64,000 bases of DNA from Janthinobacterium lividum (GCA_943372275.1 CALRYE020000004.1:1730-65729), one strand, 5' to 3'. Numbered from the stretch's first letter, positions 29,447-41,871 are shown. Translations and numbers: made by a program. Notes: generated by a model not told the origin, from the sequence alone.

Positions 29447-30397
29447 TCAAAACCGCGTCTCGCGCGCAGACCGTAAAAACTCATCCAGAATCGGCGTACA
29501 GTCCAGCAAATCCACCCCACCCGCCCGGTGAAATTCCGGGTGCCATTGCAGCCCCATCACAAAGTCCGCCCGCAGGTAGCGGATCGCCTCGATGATCCCA
29601 TCCGGATCGGACATCGCCTCGATCTGGATATCGCGCCCGAGATCCTTGACGGCCTGGTGGTGAATCGAGTTGACCACCGCTCGATCGATGTTGGGAAACA
29701 TACGCCCCAGCGACGATCCCTTCGGGAAATGTACCGCATGCCGGTGCGCATCGTAATCGCTGTGCACGTGCGCCAGCGCCTCCGGCACGTTGGTCGCCAC
29801 GTCCTGATACAAGGTTCCGCCGAACGCCACATTGATCAGCTGGCAGCCCCTGCATATCCCAAGTACCGGTTTGCCGGCATCGACAAACTCATGCAGCAGC
29901 TCCAGCTCGTACACATCGCGCGCGCGGTCGCCGTTCCACTCCGGCCGCGTGGGAGCTTCCGAATAGGTTTGCGGCGACACATCCGCCCCGCCCTGCAACA
30001 CCAGTCCGTCCAGATGCTTGGCGTAATGGCGCAGGGTGATATTGCTGGGATGCAGCAGGCCATTGGTGTTCACCGTAGGAATCATGAACACCAGCACATC
30101 GCGCGACATGACCCACTGCGCGATCGATTCCTCCAGATACTGCAGGTTCTTGCTGCGCAGACCGGTCGATCCCGCTTCCGGGTGGAAGATGCGCGCGGAC
30201 ACGCCGATGCGCAGGGTGCGGCGCATGAAGTCGCGCCCGATCTTGTCGCGCACGGAGCGCCAGCGCGATGCCAGCACGCGTTTGGCGAGGGCCAGCGGCG
30301 TGTCGCTGTCCTTCTGGTAACGGGGGCGCGCGTTGTCGGCGCGTCGGTCGGGAACGCGGGGCGCGTGCGGGGTGTCGGGCGGCTCGTTATCGGACAT
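29447..30397 (-). CDS. Gamma-glutamyl-GABA hydrolase-like class I glutamine amidotransferase (peptidase C26)
   Basis: Nucleophile context VLGICRGCQLINVAFGG, SIHHQAV, GLQWHPEF. It has a ~70-aa basic N-terminal extension. Confidence 0.8.
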   Translation of the reverse strand: MSDNEPPDTPHAPRVPDRRADNARPRYQKDSDTPLALAKRVLASRWRSVRDKIGRDFMRRTLRIGVSARIFHPEAGSTGLRSKNLQYLEESIAQWVMSRDVLVFMIPTVNTNGLLHPSNITLRHYAKHLDGLVLQGGADVSPQTYSEAPTRPEWNGDRARDVYELELLHEFVDAGKPVLGICRGCQLINVAFGGTLYQDVATNVPEALAHVHSDYDAHRHAVHFPKGSSLGRMFPNIDRAVVNSIHHQAVKDLGRDIQIEAMSDPDGIIEAIRYLRADFVMGLQWHPEFHRAGGVDLLDCTPILDEFLRSARETRF

Positions 30398-30510
30398 CGT
30401 GGGCGTGGAGGTTTGTACACCTCAAATATAGCCCGCTCCGCCAGCCGCACGATTCAAACTTGTAACAAAATTGCTACCGACAGTGCCTGGCACCGACCGC
30501 TGAACGGTCT

Positions 30511-31302
30511 CTACGCCGGCAGCGACAGCAAACGCTGCAGCGCGCCCACCAAGTGCCGGTCGGCCACCGGCTTGTCCAGCATGCCCCGCACGCCCACAGC
30601 GCGGGCCTGCTCGGCGTCGTAGGTGCAAGTCGGCCCGACCAGGAGCACGACGGCGATGCGGCGCCCTTCCGGCTGGGTCTTGATGGCCGCGCACAAGGCG
30701 TACGGATCGATGCCGGGCGTGGCCGTGTTGATCAGCACCAGCGCCACCGGCGTCTCTTCGCACAGGCGCTCTGCCGTCATGGCGCTGTCGGTCCATTCGA
30801 CCGCATGGCGGGACGATTCGAGCAGGGTGGCCACATGGTCGCGCAGCACACCGCCCTTGTCGACGATGAGCACGGCCCCCTCTGGCGGCGCGCGCCGGCG
30901 CGCGATGTGTTCGGCCGGATCGGTCAAATCAAGATCGAGCCGCGGACGACGGCGCCGTTCAGGGGGCGCCGCGGGCACGGGCGCGGCGCGCGCCAGCGTG
31001 GCCAGTTCGCCGAACAGGCGGTCCGGTTCGATGGGCCGCGCCACATGGGCATGGGCGAAATCGACGGCGACCGGCCCGACGATCAGGGCGTTGGCCACCG
31101 GTTCGGCGGCCAGAGCCGTCAGCGCATCGAGGTCGTCGCCGTTGACGATGGTAATGTCCGGCGCTTGCAAACTGTCGGCATGCAGGCAAAAATACGCCGG
31201 CCCCGGCGCGGGCGCCTGCGCCAGGGCATCGGCGATCTGCAACTGTTCGTCCGCGGCAAAGCCGATCAGCCGGACCGTTCGCGCGTATTTTTGTGCATGC
31301 AT
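30511..31302 (-). CDS. Receiver-like protein with two REC-like halves; Asn at the expected phospho-acceptor position
   Basis: The C-terminal half reads AVLIVDKGGV...VALVLINTATPGIDPYALCAAIK...GMLDKPV. It has the REC topology and the conserved Lys, but LIN replaces the usual LxD. Confidence 0.6.
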   Translation of the reverse strand: MHAQKYARTVRLIGFAADEQLQIADALAQAPAPGPAYFCLHADSLQAPDITIVNGDDLDALTALAAEPVANALIVGPVAVDFAHAHVARPIEPDRLFGELATLARAAPVPAAPPERRRRPRLDLDLTDPAEHIARRRAPPEGAVLIVDKGGVLRDHVATLLESSRHAVEWTDSAMTAERLCEETPVALVLINTATPGIDPYALCAAIKTQPEGRRIAVVLLVGPTCTYDAEQARAVGVRGMLDKPVADRHLVGALQRLLSLPA

Positions 31303-31372
31303 ATGTAATGACGCTTAAAGAAAGGCGCGCGGCCGGGCCGTGAAAGGGCGATCGGTGCAATAGTTCCCACCG

Positions 31373-31392
31373 AACTGTATAAATATACAGTA
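31373..31392. promoter_or_regulatory. LexA (SOS) box
   Basis: AACTGTATAAATATACAGTA matches the proteobacterial consensus TACTGTATATATATACAGTA at 18/20 positions, with a perfect CTGT-N8-ACAG. It lies 73 nt from the receiver-like gene start and ~200 nt upstream of parE. Confidence 0.7.
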
Positions 31393-31590
31393 ATATTCCA
31401 TGCTTTCGATAATGATGCAATGAGCAACAAGGCGTTCCTGCGCTGGGTTCTTCCCCGGTAAACCGGATGATGCCATGGGCGCGGACGGGATAAAAGCGCG
31501 TCATGCCAACTGTATCATTACCGGCAATTTCCCCGTCATTTTCTGTCCGACAAGATAGAATGCGCAGGCATCCGCATAAAGAATTTAGAT

Positions 31591-33588
<1,998 letters not shown>

Positions 33589-33589
33589 C

Positions 33590-35299
33590 ATGATCATTGG
33601 CATCGACCTGGGCACCACCAACAGCCTGGTCGCCATCTGGCGCGACGGCAAGCCGCACATCATTCCGAATGCGCTGGGGGAATTCCTCACGCCTTCCTGT
33701 GTCGGCATGGACGAAGACGGCACCGTGCTGATCGGCGAGGTCGCGCGCCAGCGCCTGCAAACCCATCCGCATTTGACGGCGGCATTGTTCAAGCGCTACA
33801 TGGGCAGCGAAAAGACGGTTCAGCTGGGCAAGGAGAAATTTCGCCCGGAAGAATTGTCGTCGATGGTGCTGCGCGCCCTCAAGGCCGATGCCGAAGCGTG
33901 GCTGGGCGAGCCGGTCGAGGAAGCCATCATCACCGTGCCCGCCTACTTCAGCGATGCCCAGCGTAAAGCCACCCGCGTCGCGGGCCAGCTGGCCGGGCTG
34001 CGGGTGGAGCGGCTGTTGAATGAACCGACGGCCGCCGCGCTGGCCTACGGCATTCAGGACACCCAGCGCGAAACCAAGTTCCTTGTCTTCGACCTGGGCG
34101 GCGGCACCTTCGACGTGTCGATTCTGGAACTGTTCGACGGGGTCATGGAAGTGCGCGCCTCCGCGGGCGACAATTTCCTCGGCGGCGAGGACTTTGTCAC
34201 GGCCATGGCCGATGCCTTCATTGTGCGCAGCGGCATGATCAAAGCGATGAATGGCGAAGAGCTGCGCGCCGGCCAGCGCCAGCGCCTGCGCGACGAAGCC
34301 GAACGGGTCAAGCGCGAACTGTCGACGTCCGGCAGCGGCCGCATGACGTTCCGACGCGACGAGCAAGACTTCACCTGGGACCTGGACGAAGATGCGCTGG
34401 CCACACTGTGCGAGCCGCTGATGCTGCGCCTGCGCACGCCCGTCGAACGGGCCCTGCGCGACGCCACCATCAAGGCGTCCGAACTCGATACCGTGGTGCT
34501 GGCCGGCGGCGCCACCCGCATGCCGCTGGTGCGCAAGCTGGCCGCGCGCATGTTCGGCCGCTTTCCATCGGTGCACCTGGACCCGGACCACGCGGTCGCG
34601 CTTGGCGCGGCCGTGCAGGCCGGCCTCAAGATGCGCGACGCCGCGCTCGACGAAGTGGTGATGACCGACGTGGCGCCGTATTCGCTGGGCATCGGCATCG
34701 CCCGCCAGCTGGGACCGAACCAGTTCGAATCGGGCCACTTCCTGCCCATCATCGAACGCAATTCGACCGTGCCCGTGTCGCGGGTGGAAAACATTACCAC
34801 TATCAACGATGGCCAGAGCGAGCTGAGCGTCAAGATCTATCAGGGCGAAGCGCGCCGCGTGTCGGACAATATTTATCTGGGCACGCTGAACTTTCCCATC
34901 GCACCGAAAAAAGCCGGGGAAATCAGCGCCGACGTGCGCTTCACGTATGACGTGAGCGGCGTGCTGGAGTGCGAAATCACGGTGTTGCCGACGCAGGACA
35001 AGCACAAGCTCCTGATCACCGAAAACGCCGGCGTGATGACGGCCGAACAGGTCGAGCAGCGCATGACAGAACTGGCCGAACTCAAAATCCATCCGCGCGA
35101 CCAGCTGGAAAACCGCACCCTGGTGGCGCGCGCTGACCGCCTTTACGAACAGCTGCTGGGCGACGCGCGCGAATACCTGGCGCAGCACATCAGCGCCTTT
35201 CAGGCCGTGTTGGATAGGCAGAGTCTTGTCGAGAGCCGGCGCGCGCGCGACACGCTCAGTGAAGTGATCAAGCGTCTCGAAGGGGACAGTTACCTGTGA
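33590..35299 (+). CDS. Hsp70-family chaperone, HscC-like (short C-terminus)
   Basis: [48 protein letters not shown]. The ATG lies 1 nt after the parE stop. Confidence 0.85.
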   Translation: MIIGIDLGTTNSLVAIWRDGKPHIIPNALGEFLTPSCVGMDEDGTVLIGEVARQRLQTHPHLTAALFKRYMGSEKTVQLGKEKFRPEELSSMVLRALKADAEAWLGEPVEEAIITVPAYFSDAQRKATRVAGQLAGLRVERLLNEPTAAALAYGIQDTQRETKFLVFDLGGGTFDVSILELFDGVMEVRASAGDNFLGGEDFVTAMADAFIVRSGMIKAMNGEELRAGQRQRLRDEAERVKRELSTSGSGRMTFRRDEQDFTWDLDEDALATLCEPLMLRLRTPVERALRDATIKASELDTVVLAGGATRMPLVRKLAARMFGRFPSVHLDPDHAVALGAAVQAGLKMRDAALDEVVMTDVAPYSLGIGIARQLGPNQFESGHFLPIIERNSTVPVSRVENITTINDGQSELSVKIYQGEARRVSDNIYLGTLNFPIAPKKAGEISADVRFTYDVSGVLECEITVLPTQDKHKLLITENAGVMTAEQVEQRMTELAELKIHPRDQLENRTLVARADRLYEQLLGDAREYLAQHISAFQAVLDRQSLVESRRARDTLSEVIKRLEGDSYL

Positions 35300-37077
35300 A
35301 CCTGTGGACCATCCTGGGCATCGCCGCCACCAGCGACGAGCGCGCCATCAAGCGCGCCTACGCCAGGCAACTGAAGGTGACGCGTCCGGACGACGATCCG
35401 GTGGCGTTCCAGCGGCTGCGCGACGCCTATGAGCTGGCCCTGCGCGTGGCCAGCAATGCGCGCACCAGCGATGACGAGGACGATCAAGCGGCTGAGGCCG
35501 GTGCTTACACCGATGCCGATGCCAACCAGTGCAACGCATATCAGCCAGTCGATGCGCCAGCTCCACAGCGGCAATCCGAAGCGGCACCAGCGTCTGACCG
35601 CGCGCTCCCCCCAGGCCACCGAAGCGCGTTCGCGCCGGCATGGATGATTCTGCAGGAAGGCCCCACACCGCTCGAGCAAGCGCGCCACCTTTGGTTCGAG
35701 TACATCAAGCTGGGCGCTTTCCAGCCGGTGCAACGCCTGAACAGCATGGCGGCCAGCCCCGAGATGGTCGACATGGAAGTGCGCGACGCCGTGGAGCTGT
35801 GCGCCGCCGGATACTGCGCGAGTGCCGAGTGCCCGGACGACATGCGCCTGATTATTGCCCGACACTTCGGCTGGGACACCGATATCGCCTTCGTCATGCG
35901 CGAACGGCCGGAGCAAGGCCAGCAGCTGATCGCGCGCCTGCGCGCCAGTTCGTCCTACGCTTTTTTCTGCGAGCATGCCAAGACCGACACGGCCGTGGCG
36001 GCGCTGCTGGCCGACCTGCCGGGCCGGGGTTTTCCGCGTACCAACGACCGCAACTTCGTCAAGTCCATGAAGCAGCTCATCAATGTGATTCGCCTGGATC
36101 ATGCCGAGATGCTGCACTTTAAGCTGGACCAGCATGTCTTCTCCACCTGGGAACAGCGCGTGGCGGCCAAGCGCTATTATGTGCAGACGGCGGTCTGGTC
36201 GGCCGGTGTGGGCGTCGGCCTGTGGGTTCTTGCCATCTTGATATGGGGACCGGCCGGACTGCTGGACGAGTATGGGGGCGTCAGCTTCCTGGCCGCGCAA
36301 GCCGTCGCACTCGCAGGCGGCGCGGCATTCGCGTTCGGCATCGCGCCCGCTACGCGCGGCGCGTGGTTTAATAAAGTCATGCAACCGCTGCAGTCACTGC
36401 TGCACGACTGGCGCCATCGCCCTGCCGTGCAGTTCGGCTGGATCCCGTTATTCACCGTGGCGTCGCTGCTGGCGCTGACTGTCACGCCGACGCCGGTAGT
36501 AACGGTGTTTGTGACCACGCTGTTGATGGTTGCGCTGGCGAACGCCACGCTGGCCAACTCGCTGGTGCTGCCGCCCCTGAGTTTTGCCCTGACCACGGCC
36601 ATCGGCATCGCCATGGGTTCCACAATGGATGGCGACGGCGCGGCGCCGTTCGGCATCGTGGCGTGGACCACGGCCTCGGTCTGTCTGCTGCAACTGATCA
36701 CGCGCGGCGGCTCGGATTTGTGCCATTGGGCCGGTATCCCCGCCACCCGCTTCGTGGTGCTGCGCGCCGCCTGGCTGACTGGCGCTGCCGCCCTGCTTGT
36801 GCTGGGCGTGGTCGTCAACGTTCCTGTCGCCGTCTACCTGCCACTCGCGTGGCTGTGGATGCTGGCAGGCGTGCTGCTATCGCGCCCAAGTATCAATCCG
36901 ATTTACACCATCGCCGGTTCCGTGCTGTTTTCGGGCCTCATTGCCGAAGCCGGTTTCGCCTCGACGGCGTTCGACCGCCAACCCCTGACCACCACGCTCG
37001 TCCTCATGTTCGCGATCGCCATCTTCATGATCGGTAACATGCAGCGGGCCAAAGAACATCAACACCCATTTGCCTGA
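35296..37077 (+). CDS. J-like domain protein with polytopic C-terminal membrane domain (RPD instead of HPD)
   Basis: The GTG start overlaps the Hsp70 stop (GTGA). The N-terminus reads [48 protein letters not shown]. An acidic linker and a soluble middle region follow. The last ~270 aa contain multiple hydrophobic helices. Confidence 0.75.
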   Translation: MNLWTILGIAATSDERAIKRAYARQLKVTRPDDDPVAFQRLRDAYELALRVASNARTSDDEDDQAAEAGAYTDADANQCNAYQPVDAPAPQRQSEAAPASDRALPPGHRSAFAPAWMILQEGPTPLEQARHLWFEYIKLGAFQPVQRLNSMAASPEMVDMEVRDAVELCAAGYCASAECPDDMRLIIARHFGWDTDIAFVMRERPEQGQQLIARLRASSSYAFFCEHAKTDTAVAALLADLPGRGFPRTNDRNFVKSMKQLINVIRLDHAEMLHFKLDQHVFSTWEQRVAAKRYYVQTAVWSAGVGVGLWVLAILIWGPAGLLDEYGGVSFLAAQAVALAGGAAFAFGIAPATRGAWFNKVMQPLQSLLHDWRHRPAVQFGWIPLFTVASLLALTVTPTPVVTVFVTTLLMVALANATLANSLVLPPLSFALTTAIGIAMGSTMDGDGAAPFGIVAWTTASVCLLQLITRGGSDLCHWAGIPATRFVVLRAAWLTGAAALLVLGVVVNVPVAVYLPLAWLWMLAGVLLSRPSINPIYTIAGSVLFSGLIAEAGFASTAFDRQPLTTTLVLMFAIAIFMIGNMQRAKEHQHPFA

Positions 37078-37080
37078 ACT

Positions 37081-39393
37081 ATGTCCCAAGCCAATCTATT
37101 CGAACAAGCAGCGGCCGCACCCGACGACGCTGAAACCCTGACTCTGTCGACCTTCGCCGAGCGTGCCTACCTGGACTACGCCGTGTCGGTCGTCAAGGGC
37201 CGCGCCCTGCCCGACGTGTCCGACGGCCAGAAGCCGGTCCAGCGCCGCATCCTGTTCCAGATGGATGCGCTGGGCCTGGGCTCGACCGCCAAGCCGCGCA
37301 AGTCGGCCGCCGTGGTCGGCGACGTGATGGGTAAGCTGCACCCGCACGGCGACCAGTCGATCTACGACGCGCTGGTGCGCATGGCGCAGGACTTCTCGCT
37401 GCGCTATCCGCTCATCGACGGCCAGGGCAACTTCGGCTCGCGCGACGGTGACGGCGCCGCGGCCATGCGTTACACGGAAGCGCGCCTCAGTCCAATCGCC
37501 CGCCTGCTGCTCGACGAAATCGACCAGGGCACGGTGGACTTCCAGCCGAACTACGACGGCGAACACCAGGAGCCCAAGGCGCTGCCGGCGCGGTTGCCGA
37601 TGGTGCTGCTCAATGGCGCCTCGGGCATCGCCGTGGGTCTGGCCACGGAAATCCCGTCGCACAATCTGACCGAAGTGGCGCAGGCCGCCGTGGCGATGAT
37701 CCGCAACCCCAAGATCAGCCACGCCGAACTGATGGCCTTCATCCCCGGCCCGGATTTTCCGGGCGGCGGCCAGATCATCACCCCGGCGGCGCAGATCAGC
37801 GAGATGTACGCCACCGGGCGCGGCTCCATGAAAGTGCGGGCGCGCTGGAAGATCGAGGAACTGGCGCGCGGCCAGTGGCAGGCGGTGGTGTCGGAACTGC
37901 CGCCGGGTACCTCGTCGCAGAAGGTGCTGGAAGAGATCGAGGAACTGACCAACCCGAAAATCAAGCTGGGTAAAAAGGCCCTGTCGCCCGAGCAGCTGGC
38001 TTTAAAGCAGACCATACTCGGTTCGCTCGACACCATCCGCGACGAGTCGGGGCGCGCGGCGCCCGTGCGCCTGGTGTTCGAACCGAAATCGAAGAACCAG
38101 GACCAGACCGAATTCATGCTGATGCTGCTGGCGCATACGTCGCTCGAGTCGTCGGCATCGATCAACCTGGTGATGATCGGCGGCGATGGCCGTCCCCGTC
38201 AAAAGGGGCTGGGCGAGATTTTGCAGGAGTGGATCGACTTCCGCTTCGTCACGCTGCGCCGCCGTACCGAATACCGGCTGGGCAAGGTCGATGCGCGCAT
38301 CCATATTCTGGAAGGGCGCGAAGCGATCCTGCTCAATATCGACGAGGTGATTCGCATCATCCGTAATTCGGACGAGCCGAAACCGGCGCTGATGGATGCG
38401 TTCCGCCTGTCCGAGATCCAGGCCGACGATATTCTGGAGATCCGCCTGCGCCAGCTGGCGCGGCTGGAAACCATCAAGATTCAGCAGGAACTGGCGGAGC
38501 TGCGCAAGGAGCGCGGCCAGCTGATGGATATCCTGGAAAATCCATCGACCATGAAACGCCTGATCATTCGCGAGATCGAGGCGGACAGCAAGCAGTTTGG
38601 CGATCCGCGCCGCACCGTGATCGAAGAAGCGCAGCGCGCCACGGCCGAACAAAAGGTGGTCGACGAGCCGGTCACGGTGATCATTTCCGAGAAAGGCTGG
38701 GTGCGCGCGCGGACCGGCATCGGGCATGATGTGGCCCAGTTCACCTTCAAGGCGGGCGACGCGCTGTATGGCGCGTTCGAATGCCGCACCGTCGACACGC
38801 TCTTGGGCTTTGGCGACAACGGCAAAGTGTATTCGGTGCCCGTGACGGCGCTGCCCGGCGCGCGCGGCGATGGCGTGCCGATCACCACGCTGGTGGACTT
38901 GAATGGCGGCGCGCGGATTCACCATTTCTATGCGGGCAGCGGGCAGACCCAGTTGCTGATGTCGACCCAGATGGGCTATGGCTTCTCGTCCAAGGCGGGC
39001 GACATGGTCAGCCGGCTCAAGGGCGGCAAATCGTTCCTGACCCTGGAAGCGGGCGACGTGCCGCTGCCGCCGCGGGTGATCGCGGCCAGCGCCAGCGCGG
39101 TGGCGTGTCTGTCAGAAAAGGGCCGGCTGCTGGTGTTCGGCATGGATGAACTCAAGACGCTGACCAACGGCGGTCGGGGCGTGATCCTGATGGAGCTGGA
39201 TGAGAAGGAAAAGCTGGTGGCGGCGCAGCCGATCACGCAAAAGGGCGTGACGGTGCACGGTACGTGGGCTGGCGCCAAGCCGCGTGAGATCAGCCTGTCG
39301 GCGTCCGGCCTGCAGGCGCACTTCGGCAAGCGCGCACGCAAGGGCAAGGCGCTGGAACAAAAGGTCAAGGTCAAGGACTTGAAGGCGAATTAA
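37081..39393 (+). CDS. parC: DNA topoisomerase IV subunit A
   Basis: [29 protein letters not shown], catalytic Tyr context [10 protein letters not shown]. It starts 3 nt after the J-like gene stop. Confidence 0.9.
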   Translation: MSQANLFEQAAAAPDDAETLTLSTFAERAYLDYAVSVVKGRALPDVSDGQKPVQRRILFQMDALGLGSTAKPRKSAAVVGDVMGKLHPHGDQSIYDALVRMAQDFSLRYPLIDGQGNFGSRDGDGAAAMRYTEARLSPIARLLLDEIDQGTVDFQPNYDGEHQEPKALPARLPMVLLNGASGIAVGLATEIPSHNLTEVAQAAVAMIRNPKISHAELMAFIPGPDFPGGGQIITPAAQISEMYATGRGSMKVRARWKIEELARGQWQAVVSELPPGTSSQKVLEEIEELTNPKIKLGKKALSPEQLALKQTILGSLDTIRDESGRAAPVRLVFEPKSKNQDQTEFMLMLLAHTSLESSASINLVMIGGDGRPRQKGLGEILQEWIDFRFVTLRRRTEYRLGKVDARIHILEGREAILLNIDEVIRIIRNSDEPKPALMDAFRLSEIQADDILEIRLRQLARLETIKIQQELAELRKERGQLMDILENPSTMKRLIIREIEADSKQFGDPRRTVIEEAQRATAEQKVVDEPVTVIISEKGWVRARTGIGHDVAQFTFKAGDALYGAFECRTVDTLLGFGDNGKVYSVPVTALPGARGDGVPITTLVDLNGGARIHHFYAGSGQTQLLMSTQMGYGFSSKAGDMVSRLKGGKSFLTLEAGDVPLPPRVIAASASAVACLSEKGRLLVFGMDELKTLTNGGRGVILMELDEKEKLVAAQPITQKGVTVHGTWAGAKPREISLSASGLQAHFGKRARKGKALEQKVKVKDLKAN

Positions 39394-39409
39394 TCACAGC
39401 CCTAAATAT

Positions 39410-39692
39410 CGTGTCCCCGCGAAGGAGGGTGTCGCGAAAGGTAACGTAACTCTAGGCCACCAACTTCAATACCGTCATTCCCGCGCATGCGGGAACCCAT
39501 GCTGAGCCAGCTTCCATAGTGCTGCATGCTCAGCATGGGTCCCCGCTTTCGCGGGGATGACGGAGCAAATGGCAGTGGTTTTGAAATAAATGCGTGTTCT
39601 GCGACACCCTCGAAGGCGGGGACCCATAGCACCGGGAGCCGTCGCGAAGTGTGCTTCATACGGCAGATGCCATGGGCCCTCGCCTTCGCGAG
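39410..39692. repeat. Cluster of five REP-like hairpins
   Basis: Five units: GTGTCCCCGCGAAGGAGGGTGTCGC; CGTCATTCCCGCGCATGCGGGAACCCATGCTGAGC; GCTCAGCATGGGTCCCCGCTTTCGCGGGGATGACGG; GCGACACCCTCGAAGGCGGGGACCCATAGC; CCATGGGCCCTCGCCTTCGCGAGGGC. Confidence 0.8.
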
Positions 39693-39737
39693 GGCACGCA
39701 GTGGAAGCTTGTCACTGTCGGTCTATTACGCCGACGC

Positions 39738-39777
39738 AAAAAAAGCGCCTTCTGCTCTCGCAGATGGCGCTTTTTTC
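39738..39777. terminator. Bidirectional terminator between parC and the Ala/Lys-repeat gene
   Basis: A7-AGCGCCTTCTGC-TCTC-GCAGATGGCGCT-T6, with one stem mismatch. Confidence 0.75.
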
Positions 39778-39826
39778 ACTTCAGGCTTGCACCAGCCGAT
39801 CACTCAGCCGGCACAACCATCGGCAA

Positions 39827-40312
39827 TTACTTAGCAGCGGCTTTTTTCACGTCAGCGGCGGCGTCAACCTTGGCTTCAGCGGTCTTGGCAGCGGCAACAG
39901 CCTTGTCGGCGCTGGCTTCCACGGCGACTTTTTCAGCTTTCGCATCGGCTTTGATCATTTTCTTCTCGGCCGACAGGTTGGCGCCAGCGACTTTTTTGTC
40001 GGCTTTGGCTTCTGCTTTCAGCTTGTCTTCCGGATCGGCCTTGGCGACGTTTTCGGTCGCATCAGCGTGCTCTTTGACAGCCTTGGCGTGGGCTTTGGCT
40101 TTCTTTTCAGCAGCTTTGGCTTGGGCCTTGGTTACTTTGGCATCTGCCTTGGCATCGACTTTGGCTTCTTTGGCTTCTGCCTTGGCAATGTCTTTGTCCG
40201 CTTCAGCAACGGCCTTGGTCACGGCTGGGGTAGCGGTGGTGGTCGTGGCGGTTTGAGCGTAAACCGAAGTTGCAAACAGACCGGCGATCAGGGTGGCGAT
40301 TAATTTGTTCAT
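39827..40312 (-). CDS. Secreted Ala/Lys/Asp/Glu-rich protein made of 11-residue repeats
   Basis: Signal peptide MNKLIATLIAGLFATSVYAQ. After residue 32 the sequence parses exactly into eleven 11-mers, followed by a final 8 residues: KAVAEADKDIA/KAEAKEAKVDA/KADAKVTKAQA/KAAEKKAKAHA/... Confidence 0.7.
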   Translation of the reverse strand: MNKLIATLIAGLFATSVYAQTATTTTATPAVTKAVAEADKDIAKAEAKEAKVDAKADAKVTKAQAKAAEKKAKAHAKAVKEHADATENVAKADPEDKLKAEAKADKKVAGANLSAEKKMIKADAKAEKVAVEASADKAVAAAKTAEAKVDAAADVKKAAAK

Positions 40313-40557
40313 GGCAGTTCCTTATTATAAGAATGGTGGGCTTGCTGAGGACGATCTGGAACGGGTCCAGTCTCCATCAAGCGTTCTAGGCTGTTTCGCC
40401 CAGGAACGAGTCCAGAATATGGCTGATCGACAACATGGTCTGTGCGCTATCGCACGCAGTCCGGGTGTCGTTACGTTTGCTTGCAATTTGGAATGGTTGG
40501 GCGGCGTCAACAATCGGATGAGCCCGCTATTGACCGGTGCCGCCCCAGGCAGAGCGC

Positions 40558-41871
40558 CTATTTGTAGTCGTAGAACGGCTGGCGGATGGTGATCGGCCGC
40601 ACATCCATGCGCAGCTTGTAGACGGAATAGGCATCGTAAATGGCCGAGGCGTAGCCGACGCTGTCCTTGACGCGCGAAAACCGGAACTCGAAACCCAGGT
40701 CCGGCTGCAGGTCGCGCGGGCTGCCGAAGGCGATGCCGATGGCGTCGGTCTGGTCGCTGTCGATCAGCTTGGTCATCAGGTCCACCACCGCCGTATGGCC
40801 CAGAATATCCGCCGTAAACAGCGGCCCCTTATAGTACGGGCGCTTGGGGTCGAACTGGCCGCCGGCCTTGTCCGGCGACGGCGTCATGGTGTTGGTGTTG
40901 AGGTTGTAGTGGTCGCCGTTGTCCAGGTAGCTGATCTTGACGTTGCTGACGTTGAACGATCCGCTCGGCTCGGTCTTGGCTTCCGTCAGGTCCAGCAGCA
41001 GCGCGCCCTTGTAGCCGATGATCTCGACGTCGCGGTTGGCCGAAATGACCATCGCCGTGTTCTCGTCGATCCCCAGGCCGTACTTGTAATCCTTGGCGAT
41101 CATGGCCGGCAGCATGCGCGCGAAGCGCCCGCGCACCAGCAGATGCTGGTCGACGAACACGTCGTTGCCGATAAAGCCCAGCCCGTACGACAGTTCCATG
41201 CCGTCGGCCACGCCGCGCTTCAAGGTCGACAGCACCGAGCTGACGTTGTGGAACATGGTCTTGCTCATCATGGCCGCGCCGGCGCTGGTGCCGGCGATCA
41301 CGCCGCCGTGGCGGTACATGGTCCACAGCGCGTCCAGCACCAGGGTGCTGCTGCCGTCCGGTTTGCGCAGGGCCGCGGTGATGCGGGCCTGGTCGCCGCC
41401 GACGAAAAACGCGCCGCCGGCATTGCTCACCGCCGCGGCGATGGCCGGGTCGTTGGCGGCCACGCGGTAGTCGCTGCCTTCCAGCCGTACTGCCACCGGC
41501 ACCACGAAGGCGTTGGCGCCGTAGGCGTTGAGCCGCTCGACGTCGGCCTGGGCCGCCTTGGCGGGATTGTTCGATGCGGAGCCGAATACGGCGATCTTGG
41601 CGCCCGGACCACCGGCCAGCGCCACGATGCGTTCCCACACGGGGGCGTTCTCGCCGCGCAAGCCGCCGCCGATGATCACCAGCGAGCCCTTGGGCGTGGC
41701 CGGCGCGGCCTTGGTCGCTGCCGGCGCCGTGGGCGCGGTGGCCGGCGGGGCCACCTTGGGCGGGGCATCCTTGGTGGTGGCGTCCTGAGGGGCGTCCTGC
41801 GCAAGTGCGGGCACGCTGGTCACCAGCGCGACGATCAAAATCCATGCGCTTCGGCAGGCCATATTCAGCAT
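40558..41871 (-). CDS. Secreted cyanophycinase-like peptidase (S51 family)
   Basis: Signal peptide plus a Pro/Ala-rich linker, then GSLVIIGGG and nucleophile context VIAGTSAGAAMMS. Confidence 0.75.
   Translation of the reverse strand: MLNMACRSAWILIVALVTSVPALAQDAPQDATTKDAPPKVAPPATAPTAPAATKAAPATPKGSLVIIGGGLRGENAPVWERIVALAGGPGAKIAVFGSASNNPAKAAQADVERLNAYGANAFVVPVAVRLEGSDYRVAANDPAIAAAVSNAGGAFFVGGDQARITAALRKPDGSSTLVLDALWTMYRHGGVIAGTSAGAAMMSKTMFHNVSSVLSTLKRGVADGMELSYGLGFIGNDVFVDQHLLVRGRFARMLPAMIAKDYKYGLGIDENTAMVISANRDVEIIGYKGALLLDLTEAKTEPSGSFNVSNVKISYLDNGDHYNLNTNTMTPSPDKAGGQFDPKRPYYKGPLFTADILGHTAVVDLMTKLIDSDQTDAIGIAFGSPRDLQPDLGFEFRFSRVKDSVGYASAIYDAYSVYKLRMDVRPITIRQPFYDYK

Noticed and set aside
31399-31462. 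Tiny ORFs just downstream of the LexA box (for example MSNKAFLRWVLPR) as possible SOS-induced toxin peptides
   Set aside because: They are too short, have no RBS, and are not hydrophobic like TisB-type toxins. I cannot support them from sequence alone.
39590-40303. + strand ORFs 39590..40303 and 39651..40256 with Gly/Phe/Ser/Leu repeats
   Set aside because: They are antisense to the 11-mer repeat gene. The minus-strand frame has a canonical signal peptide and a terminator, so it is preferred.
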